A stretch of DNA of 64,000 bases. It comes from Chiloscyllium plagiosum. Lineage: Eukaryota. How positions within the stretch are numbered: the first letter of the stretch is position 1; each line of letters opens with the position of its first letter. Where the stretch lies: positions 49,189,978-49,253,977 of the forward strand of contig NC_057726.1 in assembly GCF_004010195.1 (NCBI RefSeq), given 5' to 3'. The notes beneath the pieces are model-generated. The model worked only from the letters and a program-made list of their open reading frames with translations, was not told the origin of the DNA and did no database searches. The position numbers and the translations under genes were made by a program. Below, in pieces: positions 37,869-52,189 of the stretch.

Positions 37869-39263
37869 ATATTGAATACCAAGGGTGAGTACTTGAAGAC
37901 CAAAGATTTTTCTTATCTATGTAATGCTTGAGAGTTTTTTAAATTCATCCTTAACTTTAATTTTTCTGGTCTGATTTCTGAATAATCATAGAGTTATAAA
38001 GAGACACATAACTTTAAGGACTAAAACAATTAAAATCTGGACCTTAGCTATTAGAGAGAGGCCAGAAGTCTCCCCATAATAATGTTAGACCAAACAGCAC
38101 CTTCTTTTTTCTGTATCCAAGAAGTTGTGGTTTGAACAATTTTGCTGATGAGAATCACTGCTAACATCATCCAAAGATTTCTTGACATTTATTTTGCTGC
38201 ACACTTTCCTTTGCTGAAGGATGTTAAACATTTGAATTGTACTCCAACTGTACAATTTTAAACAAAATTTCAGTCCTCATTTGCTGAAATCAAGTCATCA
38301 CCCCTACTAATTAGATTGTTGCAGCTGGTGAATTTGAAAAGAAATGTGATTAGATGGATAACATTAATCCTAAGCATTACTGTCTAAATTCTATATTTTC
38401 TTAGTTGGTTTCATCAAAGAAAGCTTGTGTTGGAAGGCTTATTCTAATGAAAACACAAGTGTTTCTGGTTCTCATAATGCTAAATGCTGTCATTGAGGCA
38501 ATCCGAATAATCTTTGAGCCATTGAAATTCCATCTTCCAATGTTCTGCATTGTTTCTGATATAACCCTCTGAGATCAATAGGGTTAAATAAAGCAGTCAT
38601 TATAAAATCCACATTTCCCAGCTGAAGTCATATGTTAGTGTCAGGTACCAAAAATCTGTTCTTGTTTTTTGCTATTCACTCACTGCAAGTGGGTTGCTTG
38701 TAATTTGTTGCCTATGAGAAGGTGGCAGTGAGACACCAACTTAAACATAACTGAGTAGCTTGCTAGGTCAATTCAGAAGAACCAACCTTACTGCTGTGGG
38801 TTGAGAGTCGTATGTTTTCCTGAGGTGAGTTAAGACAGTAAATTTCCAGAAGCATGACGTTATTCAGGAGCGAGCAGTCTACTTGGTTGTCATTCCCGGT
38901 ACCAACTCCAATTTCACTCCTTGCACAGCAGCAATTTTGTAACTGCAAGATGAGCTGCAATGGTTTGCCAGTTCTCCTTAGCACCTTTCAAACCTGTGAC
39001 CTCTATCATCTAAAAAGAGCAAAGGCAACAGAACCATCAAAAACCATCACCACCTGAAAGTTCCGCTCCATATCATCTTCACTTGGATTGATATCGCCTT
39101 TCCTTCATTATCGTTGCATCAAACCCCTGGAGCTCTCCCTGTAACAGCACTCTGTTCCTACACCACAAGAGCTGCAGCAGTTGAAAGGTAACTCCCGACC
39201 ATCTCAAGGTAATTAGTTATTTGCATTAAATGACGGCCTGGTCAGCAACACCCGTATCCTGTC

Positions 39264-40255
39264 CTAGAGACAGACCCTTCAGTCCAACTTGTCCATGCCA
39301 ACCAGATGTCCTAACCTAATCTAGTCCTATTTGCCAACACTTGGCCCATATCCCTCTAAACTCTTCGTAAGGTAAGCATGCAGATACAGCAGGTAGTGAA
39401 GAAGGCTAATAGCATGCTGGCCTTCATAACAAGAAGGATTGAGTATAGAAGCAAAGAGGTTCTTCTGCAGCTGTACAGGGCCCTGGTGAGACCACACCTG
39501 GAGTATTGTGTGCAGTTCTGGTCTCCAAATTTGAGGAAAGACATTCTGGCTATTGAGGGAGTGCAGCGTAGGTTCACGAGGTCAATTCCTGGAATGGCAG
39601 GATTAACTTACACTGAAAGACTGAAACGACTGGGCTTGTATACCCTTGAGTTTAGAAGACTGAGAGGGGACCTGATTGAGCCATATAAGATTACTGAAGG
39701 ATTGGACACTCTGGAGGTGGGAAACATGCTTCCACTGATGGGTGAATGCTGAACCAGAGGACACAGCTTAAAAATAAGAGGTAGGCCATTTAGGACAGAG
39801 ATGAGGAGAAACTTCTTCACCCAGAGAGTGGTGGCTGTGTGGAATGCTCTGCCCCAGAGGGCAGTGGAGGCCCAGTCTCTGGATTAGTTTAAGAAAGAGT
39901 TGGATAGAGCTCTCAAGGATAGTGGAATCAAGGGTTATGGAGATAAGGCAGGAACAGGATACTGATTGAGGATGATCAGCCATGATCATATTGAATGGTG
40001 GTGCAGGCTCGAAGGGCAGAATGGCCTACTCCTGGACCTATTGTCTATTGTATTCGTACACCCATCCAGATGCCTGTTGTAATTGTACCAGCCTCCACCA
40101 CTTCCCCTGGCAGCTCATTCCATACACGCACCACCCTCCGCATGAAAATGTTGCCCCTTGGGTCCCTTTTAAATCTTTAGCCTCTCATCCAAAATCTATG
40201 CCCTCTACTTCTGGACTCCCCCATCCCGGGGAAAAGACCTTGTCTACTTACCTTG
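39264..40255. mobile_element. Nested CR1 LINEs: minus-strand outer copy split by a young plus-strand copy (~39367-40052)
   Basis: Inner ORF 39378-39752 LYRALVRPHLEYCVQFWSP...; TTCGTA at both junctions (39364-39369, 40053-40058). Confidence 0.88.
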
Positions 40256-40644
40256 TCCTATGATATTAAGTTTATATCAGTAACAGTGATAACCATCATT
40301 CTGTGGATGTATTTAATTTGTTGTTGAATTTAAATTCTAATCTGCTGTCATTTTCAATGACTCGTGTGACTATTAGTCCAGATTTCTGAATTACAGTTCA
40401 AAAAACCGAACGACAGTGTTAGAGTGTCTTTCTAGCAACATTAGGTTGACGTTTATCTCTTTTTATACTCAGCAAATTACAAAAATATAAGTAACCGCTT
40501 ACATTAGATGGAAACCCCCACAGTAATTAACAATTGAAATAAATTCTTAATTACGTCTTAGCCGTGCCATTGTAAATTCTGCACTTTCTCCAGTGAGCTT
40601 ACTGAACAATGAACAACAATGGTCTCAGTAAAAGTTCAGTTACA

Positions 40645-40855
40645 TAAGCTCAGTTGGCTAAATTACTGGTTTGCAATGCAGTGTAACGCCAATAGTGTGC
40701 ATTCAATTCTTGCATCAGCTGAAATTACCATAAAAGACTCTCTTCCTCAACCTCTTGCCTTGCCTGAGGTGTGATGACTTTCAAGTGAAACCACCACCAG
40801 CTCTGTAATGAGAGAGCAGCCCTATGGTCCAGTAGGACTGTAACAACTTTATCTC
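40645..40855 (+). mobile_element. tRNA-derived SINE-like repeat
   Basis: AGCTCAGTTGG A-box-like head and TTCAATTC B-box-like motif; body recognised only by eye. Confidence 0.5.
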
Positions 40856-40983
40856 GTTATCTACCTTGGTGGTTGGATCACTTGTTGAAAATCTTTTAAT
40901 GCTTTTAAACATTGAAGTTCATGAATGATGTATATGTCAATTTACTCTTATTTTAAGTATTTCAATGATGTTGGATTGTGTGA

Positions 40984-41118
<135 letters not shown>

Positions 41119-41911
41119 TAAAATAATGAAATCAACTTAGCGCTTTCATTGTGCAAGCTCAAAGTTATTAATAAGATGGAATGAAGCTTGACTGTGTAAC
41201 AATAATATATAAACATGATGAATTCATTTGAAAGGTGGCACAAATCTTTGTTTGTAACCCCAATCTGAGTCGACTGTGAATTATAATGATACAGGGTGCC
41301 CTTAAGCTCTGGCATGTTTCATGTCATTCTCCATTTACTATATCTGATGTAATCCTAGAGGTAAAATGGTTGCAGACTCATAATAATTTAGAAAGATAAG
41401 ACAAAACTGAAGTCATTTGGCCCAGTTAAAACTATGCATACTTTTAATAAGAGCCCAGTGTTCTTTTTATATTTTATCAGTTTCGTATTGAGAAATGGCC
41501 TAAAAATTAGAGGTGGACCATCCAAGAATGAAATTGGAGAACGTTTTTATACTCTAACAGTAGTAGAAGTCTTTTTGGCATAATCAGCACTGATATTTAT
41601 TTCTTTAATTCATTCTATAGTTATCTGCCAATGAGCTAAGCTGGAGTTTTGTTTAATTTATTAACTGCAAAGATACCAGTTGGACCTGATCTTATGTGAT
41701 AATTTTGGGAAACCTGACTTGTCAGTTAATAATTGACAACACAAATTAAATCTGCAAATTTAGTACTCAGCTTGAGTAAATCCTTTCTTGAAGATCAAAG
41801 GGTGTTTTTTTTGTCTTTCTCAGCAATCTAGCTCCATTCTTTCTGAGCTCTGTGTCTTAGTCCTAGCAGTGTTCAACATTATCTTAACTTTAGTTATGTT
41901 GAATTTTCTAA

Positions 41912-42106
<195 letters not shown>

Positions 42107-42198
42107 TGACTTAAAATATATATATTTTTTTGTTTAAATAATCTCGTGGTCAAATCAAATAATCTCTAACCAAGAGTTATCTAGACTTGAAATTTCAG

Positions 42199-42219
42199 CT
42201 CTCTCTCTCTCTCTCTCTC
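42199..42219. repeat. (CT)10 microsatellite
   Basis: Direct reading. Confidence 0.95.
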
Positions 42220-42319
42220 ACTGCAGGGATGCTGTCTGACCTGCTATGATCTCCAGCATTTGTTGTTTTCAGTACAGATTCCAGCATTTGCAGTTATTTT
42301 TCTCCTACAACTCAAATTG

Positions 42320-45150
42320 AACCCTGGTTAGACCCACTTTGAGTACTGTGAGCAGGTGTGGGGATCACAACTTAGTAAAGATATTTTGACCTTGGAGGGA
42401 GTACAATATATGTTTTACAAGAATGATGTCTGAACTTTAGGAGTTAAATTATGAGGAATGATTACACAAATTAAGCCTGCTTTCTCTAGAATTTAGATGG
42501 TTAAGGGGTGATCTGATTGAAGGAAAATGCAGCATAAATAAAAATAGACTATTTCCACTGGTTTGGGATTCCAGAACTAGGGGTATAGCTGGAGAATTAG
42601 GGCCAGAATATTCAGGATAGACATTAAAATGAACTTCGACATAGAAAGAGCAGTATATGTTTGGGACTACCTTCCACAAATGACTGAGGGTGCTAGATTA
42701 GTTGTTTAATTTTAAATCTGAGATCAATTTTTTTTTAAGGTAAGTAATATGGGCCAAAGGCAGGTATATGGAGTTAAGCCACAGATCAACCATGATCTCA
42801 TTGAATGGTGGGGCGGATTCAAAGGACTGAGCAGCCAACTCCTGTTCCTATATTCATAAGTGATACCTTAGAGGAAGAATTCCTGGAATATCTATGGGAT
42901 GATTTTTCTAGATCAATACATTGAGGAACTAACTAGAGAACAGACCATCCTAAGTTGGATATTGTGGAATAAGAAAGGAATAATTGGCAACTTAGCTCCG
43001 AAAGGCACTTTTGGGGAAAATTGACCATTATGTGATAGAATTTTTCATTAAGATAGAGAATGATGTAGTTGATTCTGAAACTAAGGTTCTGAATCTAAAT
43101 AAAGGAAACTACAGTGGTAAATTATGAGCTGGCTATGATAAATAGGAGAACATTACTTAAAAGAATAGGGTTAGGCAGTAGGTTGATAGACAATTATAAA
43201 CATTTAATGGCCTCAAGTAGAAACTGAAACAGGTGTTCATTCCTGTCCGGCACAAAAATCAAACCAGAAAGGTGGTCCGACCAGGATTAACAAGAGAAGT
43301 TAGGTATAGTGTTAGATCCAAGGAAGGTTACATCCAAATTGGCCATTAAAACAGTAGAACTGAGGATTGGGAGCAGTGTTCTTTCTTCAAAAAGGGACTG
43401 AGTAAAAATTAGAAAATGGAATGTGAAAGGATACTTGTGAGGATCAGATAAACTGGTTAATTGTAAAAGCATCTATAGATATGAGAGAAAAAGATTTAAA
43501 TAAGACAAATGTAGATCCCTTACACTCAACAACAGATGAAGCTTATAATGAATAAAAAGGTGATGGATCAATTAAATGCAAATTTTGTTTCTGCCTTTAC
43601 AAAGAAGGACTCAAATAACATTCTGAAAATTTGGTAATATAGGGTCTGGTGAAAGGCAGGGAACTAAAAGAAATCAGTATTGGTAAGGAAATGGTATCAG
43701 GGAAATTGATAGGATTAAAGGCAATAAATCACAAGAACCTGATAATCTCCGCTTCTGCATATTTAAGGAAATGGCCCTAGAAATAGTGGATGCATTGGTG
43801 GTCATCTTTCAAGATTCAATGATTTTTAAAAAATAAAGGTGATAGAGTGAAAACAGGTAATCACTGCCCAGTTTACTTGACATCACTAGTGAGGAAAATG
43901 TTAGCATCAATTATAAAAGATTTATAATAACTTGGAAAACAGTGACAGGATTGGACAAAGTCAGCATGAATTCACAAAATGGAAATCATACTAGACAAAT
44001 TTATGAAATCTTTTGAGGATGTAGCTCGTTGATTTGATAAGGATGGATGTGGTTTACTAAGACTTTCGGAAGGCCTTCAATAACGTCCTTCATGAGAAAT
44101 TAGCAAGGAAGTGCCTGGGATTGTGTGTACTGTACTGACATGGACAGAGAACTAGTTGACATACAGACAATAAAGAGTTGGAATAAAAGAGCCTTTTTCT
44201 GAATGGAAGGCAGTGACTAGTAGGATACTGCGAGGATCAATGCTTTATCCCCAGCTATTCATGAGAGGGAAGAAAAGGTAATACCTCCAAGTTTGCAAAC
44301 AAAGTTGGGTTGGAGGCTGAACTGTGAGGAGGTTGCTTCAATGTGATTTGGATTTTGAGTGGGTGGGAAATGAATGGCCACTGAAGTATAATGTGGATAA
44401 ATGTGAACTAGCAAAAAAAGACATTGTTATCTGAATGGTGATAGATTGGGAATGGGAGAAGAGTCAATGAGATTTGTGTGTCCTTGTATGCCTGTCACTG
44501 AAAGTTAGCACATAAGTGCAGCAGGCAGTTAAGAAATTAAATGGTGTTTCATAGTGAGAGGATTTGAGTACAGGAGCAGGGATGTCTTACTGTAGTTGTT
44601 CTGAGCCTTAGTGAGACCACACCTGGAATATTGCATGCAATCTTGGTCTCCTTATCTGAGGAAAAGTGTTCTGGCTATCGAGGGAATGCAATGAAGTTTC
44701 GATTCCTGGATGGCAGGACTGATGTATGAAGAGAGGCTAGATCGCTGGAGTTTAGAAGAATGAGGAATCTCCTAGCATCTATAGAATTCTAACTAAATGA
44801 GACCAGGTAAACACAACAAGGATGTTTCCGTTGACCAGAGAGTCCATAACTAAGGATCACTGTCTAAGGATACAGGATAGGCCTTAAGAACTGGGATGAG
44901 GAGAAATTCCCTCATCCAGAATAGTTAGACTGTGAAATTCTCTTGCCATAGAAATCATTTCAGGCCAAAACATTGTATTTTTGAGAAGGTGATTGATATA
45001 GTTCTTAAGGCTAAAGGGATTAAAGGTATTGGGGAGAAAGCAGGAACAGGGTACTGAGTTAGCTGATTAGCCATGATTATATTAAATGGTGAAACAGATT
45101 CAAAGGTGCCAAATGGCCTGCACCTGCATCTATATTCAATGTTTCTATGA
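42320..45150 (+). mobile_element. Two consecutive decayed CR1-type LINE copies (~42320-42856, ~42857-45150)
   Basis: Repeated RPHLEYC.Q.W remnants, CR1-like 3' tails and AAGTTTGCA RT-motif remnant. Confidence 0.75.
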
Positions 45151-46962
45151 AACTTCCACATTGTTGGAGATAAGAAGTCGAAGCTTTTTATCTTGCACTT
45201 ATCAGGACTAGAACACAAGAAACAAAGTTGAGAAAGAAGGCACCTTTTGATACAGCCACAGAAGAGGATGCTAATTTGTTCAGCCATACATCCAATCAAC
45301 TGATGAACTGTAGCAAAAAAAATTCTGTTGACCATTCTACAGCTGGCAGCATGCCAATCATGCTCAACCAGGCCTTGTTTGCAAGCCTCAGAAAAATATA
45401 TTCAAAATTAGATATGAATCTTCTGGTGGAAATCATTTATTAAATCATCCCAAATTGTATTATTTGTGTGCTAAACCTAAATACATAAGACCTTTGGGTT
45501 GGACCAAAGGGTCTGTTTCCATGCTGTACATCTCTATGACTCTATGACCTTGTTTCATGTGGGCAAAAGGAATGTTTATTTTCCTGCGAACATTCAAATA
45601 TTTTGTTACATTATTTATCCATTCATGGGATGTGGCCATTTTTTTTCAAAGCTAGCATTAATTGTCCAGTCCCTGACAGTCTGTAATGTTGTGATGAGAC
45701 ACCTTCTTGAACTTCTGGTCAATGGTAAACCCCACCCCTCAATGACGTTGATGTAGGAATTAGTGATAGTAATGGCATAAATGCTAAGGGGCAAAGGTTA
45801 GATTCTCTTGTTAGAGATGACCCGGCACTTAAGTGGTATGAATGTTCTTTGCCACTTACTGTCCAGGTCATGTTGCAGGGAGCCAAGGACAGTAAAACAT
45901 TGACTAATGAATTTCAGGTAAAGCTGATCACTCGCATCATCAGCAAATATTCCTACTTTTCACTTAATAATGGAGAAAAGCTCATTGAGAAAGCAACTGG
46001 AGATATTTGGATCTAGGATGCTACCATAAGGAAGTCCTACAGCAATTATCGAGGTGACTGATCACCACCAACAACCACAAATATTTTCTTCTGTGCTATG
46101 TATAACATCAATAAGTGAAGAGCTGTTTTTTTCATGATTGCCACTGCGTTCAAATTCACTGGGACTCTTTGATGCCGTTCCAAAATGTTTGGGATTCAGC
46201 AGCTGCAATATCTCTTTGAGCTGGTTTATTTTTGTGGACTTTCATAACATGTGTCCAGTCGTGGTCCACAGCAACCTTCTGTGATGATATCTTCTGTTCC
46301 CTGCCTCATTAATTTTGCAACCAGTCACTTCAGTACCATTCTTGTGCTCAGGAGCCAGGAGAGGTGACATTCACACATACAAGCCCTAAAGTCCGGCTGC
46401 ACGTCAGTAATTGGTAGGGTTCAATTTGTCTTTGCAACAGTACACAAACCAATTTTTATTTTGGAAAGTGTAGTAGAAGGGTGTATAGATCAATTTAAAT
46501 TAATTTTCTATCTTCAAATGAAAATATTTTGAGAAAATTTATCTTCTCACCATGCATGCAGGTGCACATTGCTGAGAATGCAGTCCAAGAACATGTAAAG
46601 GATCTGATTTTCAAATTCACAGAATAATTAGCAATTTTTCTATCATTTCCTAGACTTTTGTGAAATATATAATATGTATAGATTTCATAATGTAAAATTT
46701 TTCAAAACTGCTTTGGAAATGATTGTAACTATCTTGGTTAAATTTCCGAGTTAAAGATTTGTATAGCTATATACACAAAACATAGAAAACTCCTCCAGAG
46801 CAAATCTAACGTAGGTACATTGGTGATTTCTAAATAAAAACATTCATGATAGAAACCACATAGAATATATGAGCAGCAAGGTTGTTTGTAGTATATTTTA
46901 TATAAATTACTTAACCATTGCAAACCATTATTGACTCAATTATCATTTGCTTCTCAATCTAG

Positions 46963-47158
46963 ACGATCAAAAACATGATGGCAATTGAAAAGGTCAAAGG
47001 ATTTTGCCAGATTGTAGTTTCTTCAAAGGTGCGAGAAGGTATTGCACATTTAATTCAGTCATGTGGTCTTGGTGGAATGAAGCATAATTCAGTTGTTATG
47101 GGTTGGCCCTATGGCTGGAGACAGAGTGAAGATCCCAGAGCTTGGAAAACGTTCATAG
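46963..47158 (+). CDS. slc12a4: KCC1 coding exon (~exon 18)
   Basis: TCTAG|...|GTAAGA; 196 nt; [16 protein letters not shown]...[31 protein letters not shown]. Confidence 0.95.
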
Positions 47159-47459
47159 GTAAGATTTATTAGTGTCATCCTTTTTAGTGCATTTTATTTC
47201 AATATCATCCAAAAGTATATAATTTACCTTGCAACCTGTGGTAATCCTATCATCGATTTTAATGCATTGCATTCTGTGACACCATTACGTTAATGCTTCC
47301 AATCCACGCAGACGTTAGAGAAGTTTAAATCACAAGTTATGTATTGTTCAAAATACGTTTCCTCATCTTTTGCGCTATGAAACACATTTCGAGGGGAAGT
47401 TGGCATTGCTTACAATGGTCATACTCCTATGTCAAGTGAGTCACCATCATGCATTTAAG

Positions 47460-48370
47460 GCCATAAGAAATAGGAATAGAAATAGGCCATTCAGTCCATC
47501 ACACCTAATTTGCTAATCAATGAGATCATGACTGATATAATCTCCTTCAATTCCCCTTTCCTGCCTTTTCCCCATTTTCTTCAATTCCTTCAAGTCTGTA
47601 GATGACACAAAAATGAGGGTTAGAAGTCAAGTGGTCAGGATGACAGTCTTCAGAGAGACAGAGACGAGTTAAGTAAATAGGTGAAAACCTGGCGGATGGA
47701 AAATAATGTTGGGAACTGTGAAGTTAAAATCATGGCAGGAAGAATAGATGAGCTGAATATTATTTTAAATGAAGAAATACTGCAGAAAGCTGCGCAAAAA
47801 ATGGATTTCTGGATCCATAGGACCATAAGATAAAGGGGCAGATTTGGACATTTTGGCCCATTTGATTCTGCTCCACCATTCAATTGTGGCTGAATGTGTT
47901 TCTCGATCCCATTCTTCAACCTTTTCCCCATAACCCCACTGTTCCCTTACTAATCAAGAGCGTATCTATCACAGTCTTAAATGCACTCAAGGCCTCCATA
48001 GCTCTCTGTGGCGATGAGTTCCACAGATTCCTAATGGTAAGCTGACACAAAAACATTTTTAATGCAACCAAAAGCACTTTTAGCAAGTGTATTGAGTTTA
48101 AGCAATAATTCTGACCCCACCACTAATCCCTGTGGCAGTCTACTAGTTGCAGATTGCCATCCTTATTTCAATTCTGTCTTCCATGGGTTAGCAAATCCTT
48201 TATTTATGTTACCTGCAATACCACAAACTCTTATCATATAAATTAATTTTCTATGCAGTACATTATTGAACACCTTTTGGAAATCCAAATATATTGCATC
48301 TAAATGTTTCCCTTTATCTGTCCTGTTTGTTATCTCCTCCAAAGATTTTGTCTAATAAATTTTGTCTGGA
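47460..48370. mobile_element. Patchwork of CR1 fragments in both orientations
   Basis: CATAAGA..TAGG tails at 47461 and 47816; GATGACACAAA RT motif at 47601. Confidence 0.6.
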
Positions 48371-49119
48371 ATGGTTTTCCCTTCCCCTCCTGTTTCTTAT
48401 GTTTTTAAACTGTATGGTTTTCCAAGTATTTTTTACTTGAATTTTGCTTAACACACTTGCTAAAAGTACTTTCGGTTGTGTTAACAATGTGGTGGAAACT
48501 TACCATTACGTATATCTGGCTATATTAAAAGAAAACATTATTAGCGCTGCCCATTTGCTTTGGTTCTTACCAGTTCTTTTGTGATTTGAATATGTAAACT
48601 AGTATCTGAACTATGATTTCATTTTGTAAACCTAGTTGTAAAACTTGTCAAACCCGGATTTAGAGTTATTCCCAAGATGGGAATTCTGTCTCATATTGTG
48701 TAACTGTTGGGACTTCACAAATAAGTGAAAAAAGTATCAATATAAAATTTGGACTTAGCATGAGGCAGATGCCAAACAATAATATTTAAGTGGAAAATTT
48801 ATTTTCAGTGGCCATTATTTTAAAAAAATGCTGCTTTTCCCTCCTCCATTTTGACCACAAAATGAAAATGTGTGCATCCAAATTTTTAGATTGTGCTGTT
48901 GCCAAGCATGTAAAATTACCCCAGAACTTAAGCATTAATATGGTTGCATGGTGTTACAATATTCTTAACAGTTAAAACTCTCAGGACGGGAAGTTTACAA
49001 AGTGCAATCATTTTTGAGATGGAGCAAAGCAGTGGTACTAAGGTAATGTGAAAGGTCTAAATGGGCAAGAAATCAGAAATAAAGTTAAGAATACGTTTGC
49101 CCCAAAATGGGAGAGGAAT

Positions 49120-50556
49120 AATTTGGATGTGACTATAGGAGATATGGTTAGTAAGTTTGCAGATGACACCAAAACTGGAAGTATAGTGGACAGCGAAGAA
49201 GGTTGCATCAGAGTACATCAGGACCTTAATCAGATGGCTAATGGGCTGAGGAGTGGCAGATGGAGTTTAATTTGGATAAACGTGAGGTGCTGCATTTTGG
49301 AAAGGCAAATCAGGGCAGGACTTACACATGTAATGGTAAGTTCCTGGAGATTGTTCATATAAAATCATAGAATCAAAGAATCCCCACAGTGTCGATACAG
49401 GCCATTTGGTCCAACAAGTCCACACCGACCCTCTGAAAAGTAACCCACCCAAACCCTTTCCACACCTATTACTCTACATTCCTCCTAACTAATGCACCTA
49501 GCCTACACATTCCTAAACACTATGAGCAATTTAGCATGGCCAATTCATCTAACCTGCACACCTTTGGATAGTGGGAGGAAACCGGGGCACCCAGAGGAGA
49601 GGAAACCCACGCAGACACTGGGAGAATGTGCAAACTCCACATGGAAAGTCGCTTGAGGATGGAATCGAACCCGGGTCCCTGGTGATGCGAGGCAGCAGTG
49701 CTAGCCACTGAGCCAATGCTGCCCAAATTGGTTCGAGTGCCTGCTAAATAGCAAATTTATGCTAAACAAATTGACAGGAACCACATACTGTTTTCTGAAG
49801 GTAACCACTTTGTAGTCAGATGAAAAAAGGTTATTTTGCATGACACAGTTAAACAGTAGTTGAAATTTTTCATAGTTCCTTGAAAGTAGAGTCCCAGTTA
49901 GACAGGATAATGAAGAAGGCATTTGGCATGCTTGCCTTTATTGGTCAGTGCATTGAGCGTGGGAGTTAGGAGGTCATGTTGCAGCCGCACAGGACATTGG
50001 TTCTACCACTTTTGGAATATTGTGTACAATTCTGGTCTCCTTCCTATAGAAAAGATGTTGTGTAACTTGAGAGGGTTCACAAAAGATGTACAAGGATGTT
50101 GCCAGGGTTGAAAGGTTTTAGCTATATGGTGTGTAGCTGAATAGGCTGAAGTTGTTTTCCCTGGAGCACTGGAAGCCGAGGGTGACCTTTATAGAGGTTT
50201 AAAAATTCATGAGAGGCATGGTTAGGGTGAATAGCCAAGGTCGTTTCCTTGGAGTGGGGAAGTCCAAAACTAGAGGACACAGGTTTAAGATGAGATGGAA
50301 AGCTTTAAAAGGGAGCTAAGGGGCAACCTTTTGACACAGAGGGTGATGCATGTCTTGAATGAGCTGCCAGAGGAAGTGGTGGAGGCTGGTACAATTACAG
50401 CATTTAACAGGCATCTGGATGGGTATATGAATAAGGAGGGTTTAGAGGGATTTTGGCCAAATGTTGGCAAAGGGACTAGATTAGGTTAGAATATCTGGTT
50501 GACATGAACGGGTTGGACTGAAGGGTCTGTTTCCATGCAGTACATCTCTATGACTG
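49120..50556 (+). mobile_element. CR1-type LINE fragment interrupted at ~49349-49869
   Basis: VSKFADDTKTG; after the interruption, LEYCVQFWSP and NELPEEVVEAGTIT; CTATGACT tail. Confidence 0.88.
49361..49724 (-). mobile_element. HE1-like tRNA-derived SINE, near full length
   Basis: Minus strand GGGCAGCATTGGCTCAGTGGCTAGCACTGCTGCCTC...CCCGGGTTCGATTCC. Confidence 0.9.
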
Positions 50557-51242
50557 ACCACCGGGGAGGTAATCGCCTCTTCAAGTAGGTAGTAAATGTT
50601 GGCGAGAAATATCAATTGCAACAATTTTTGAGTACCTGTTAACATGTAACATTAGCTTGAACTAACAAATATGAAGTAACCTTCAATATACCTAGAAGTA
50701 TTTCCTCATCCAGATGAACAGCAGTTAACTTTTTTGACAGCTGTGAACAAGCAATTTTCAGAGATTAATCTTGAAGGTCATTGGAAGTTTGGAATGTGTC
50801 TGACAGTAAGATAATTGGCAATATGGATTGTTCATCAACAAATTGGTTCGGGTGCCTGCTGGGTGTCTAAAGGATTTTAAGACTAAATAGCAAACTTAGG
50901 CTAAACAAATTGACAAGAACCACATACTGCTTTCTGAAGGTAACCACTTTGTAGTCAGACGAGAAAAGGTTATTTTGCGTGACACAGTTAAACAGTAGCT
51001 GAAATTTTGCTAACCAAACAAATTCATGTTTAACACGACCTTGTATTCTTGTCAAGATAAATTGGTTTTTTTATTATTTCCTGCCTAGAGTTAATTTTAG
51101 TATGACTGTATTTTTGAGAAACGCTATATATACATGCCTCTCAATTTATCATGAGCTTTCAACAGGTTTCTACTGCTGATCAGCTCTCATTTTGAGGTAA
51201 TGAAAGTATTTTGACGCCAATGACACTGATTCTACTCTTTAG

Positions 51243-51412
51243 ACACTGTGAGAGTCACGACAGCTGGCCATCTAGCCCTGTTGGTGCCAAAAAATGTTTC
51301 TTTCTACCCAAGTAACCATGAACGCTTTACTGAGGGCCACATTGACGTTTGGTGGATTGTGCATGATGGAGGCATGTTGATGCTGCTTCCATTCCTCCTT
51401 CGACAACACAAG
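51243..51412 (+). CDS. slc12a4: KCC1 coding exon (~exon 19)
   Basis: CTTTAG|...|GTATGA; 170 nt; (D)[56 protein letters not shown]. Confidence 0.95.
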
Positions 51413-52189
51413 GTATGACTCATGTATGAAGCACACGGATCTTGTAGTGTGTGGACAAAAAGTAGAAATATAAAAGACTGAAATCTGAAAGGGCCAAATA
51501 AATTATATACAAACTACAATTATAAACATCACCTAACTGATACTAGTGTCAAACTTATATTTTATGCCAGCCGTCTGCTACATGCTAAGAGAAATTTGGC
51601 AATGAATGAATTAACTTTATCAACTTTATTGTCACATGTACTCAAATGAGTACAGTGAAAAGTTTATAAGTCACCACTTACGGTGCCATCTTCGGTCCAA
51701 TCCTGAATTACAGAATAGAGGAATTAATAAAAAATATTACATTACAGATATACACGGGATGATCATGGATCAGAAAAAACAAGAAGCAAAGTCAAAAGGC
51801 AAACATTACAGCCTTTCTCCAAAGGCTGTCTGTAGCAGACCAGGGGGCCTCCACATGGTCTGATTGTGCATGTCTATTTTAAAAATATAGTAACTGACTT
51901 TTTTTTTTCCTTCTCTCTGTAGCATTTGCTATTTCATTTAACTGTCTATCTCATCTTCAACTGCAGTCTTGTCATCTGTCATCTTCCACAAACCTTAATT
52001 TTTTTTTTCCTCCTTATCCTCTTCCCTAAGGTCACAACTGGTTTTTCTTCCTGCAATCAAGAGTATTTATCAGATAGTCACTTTACTAACTGTGTATGTA
52101 GACTACTGAATTTTACTTTGAGATTCACCTTGCAAAAGCAACCATAACAATACTGCATGTCCTGCTTGAAACATTCTACTTGCTGTATG

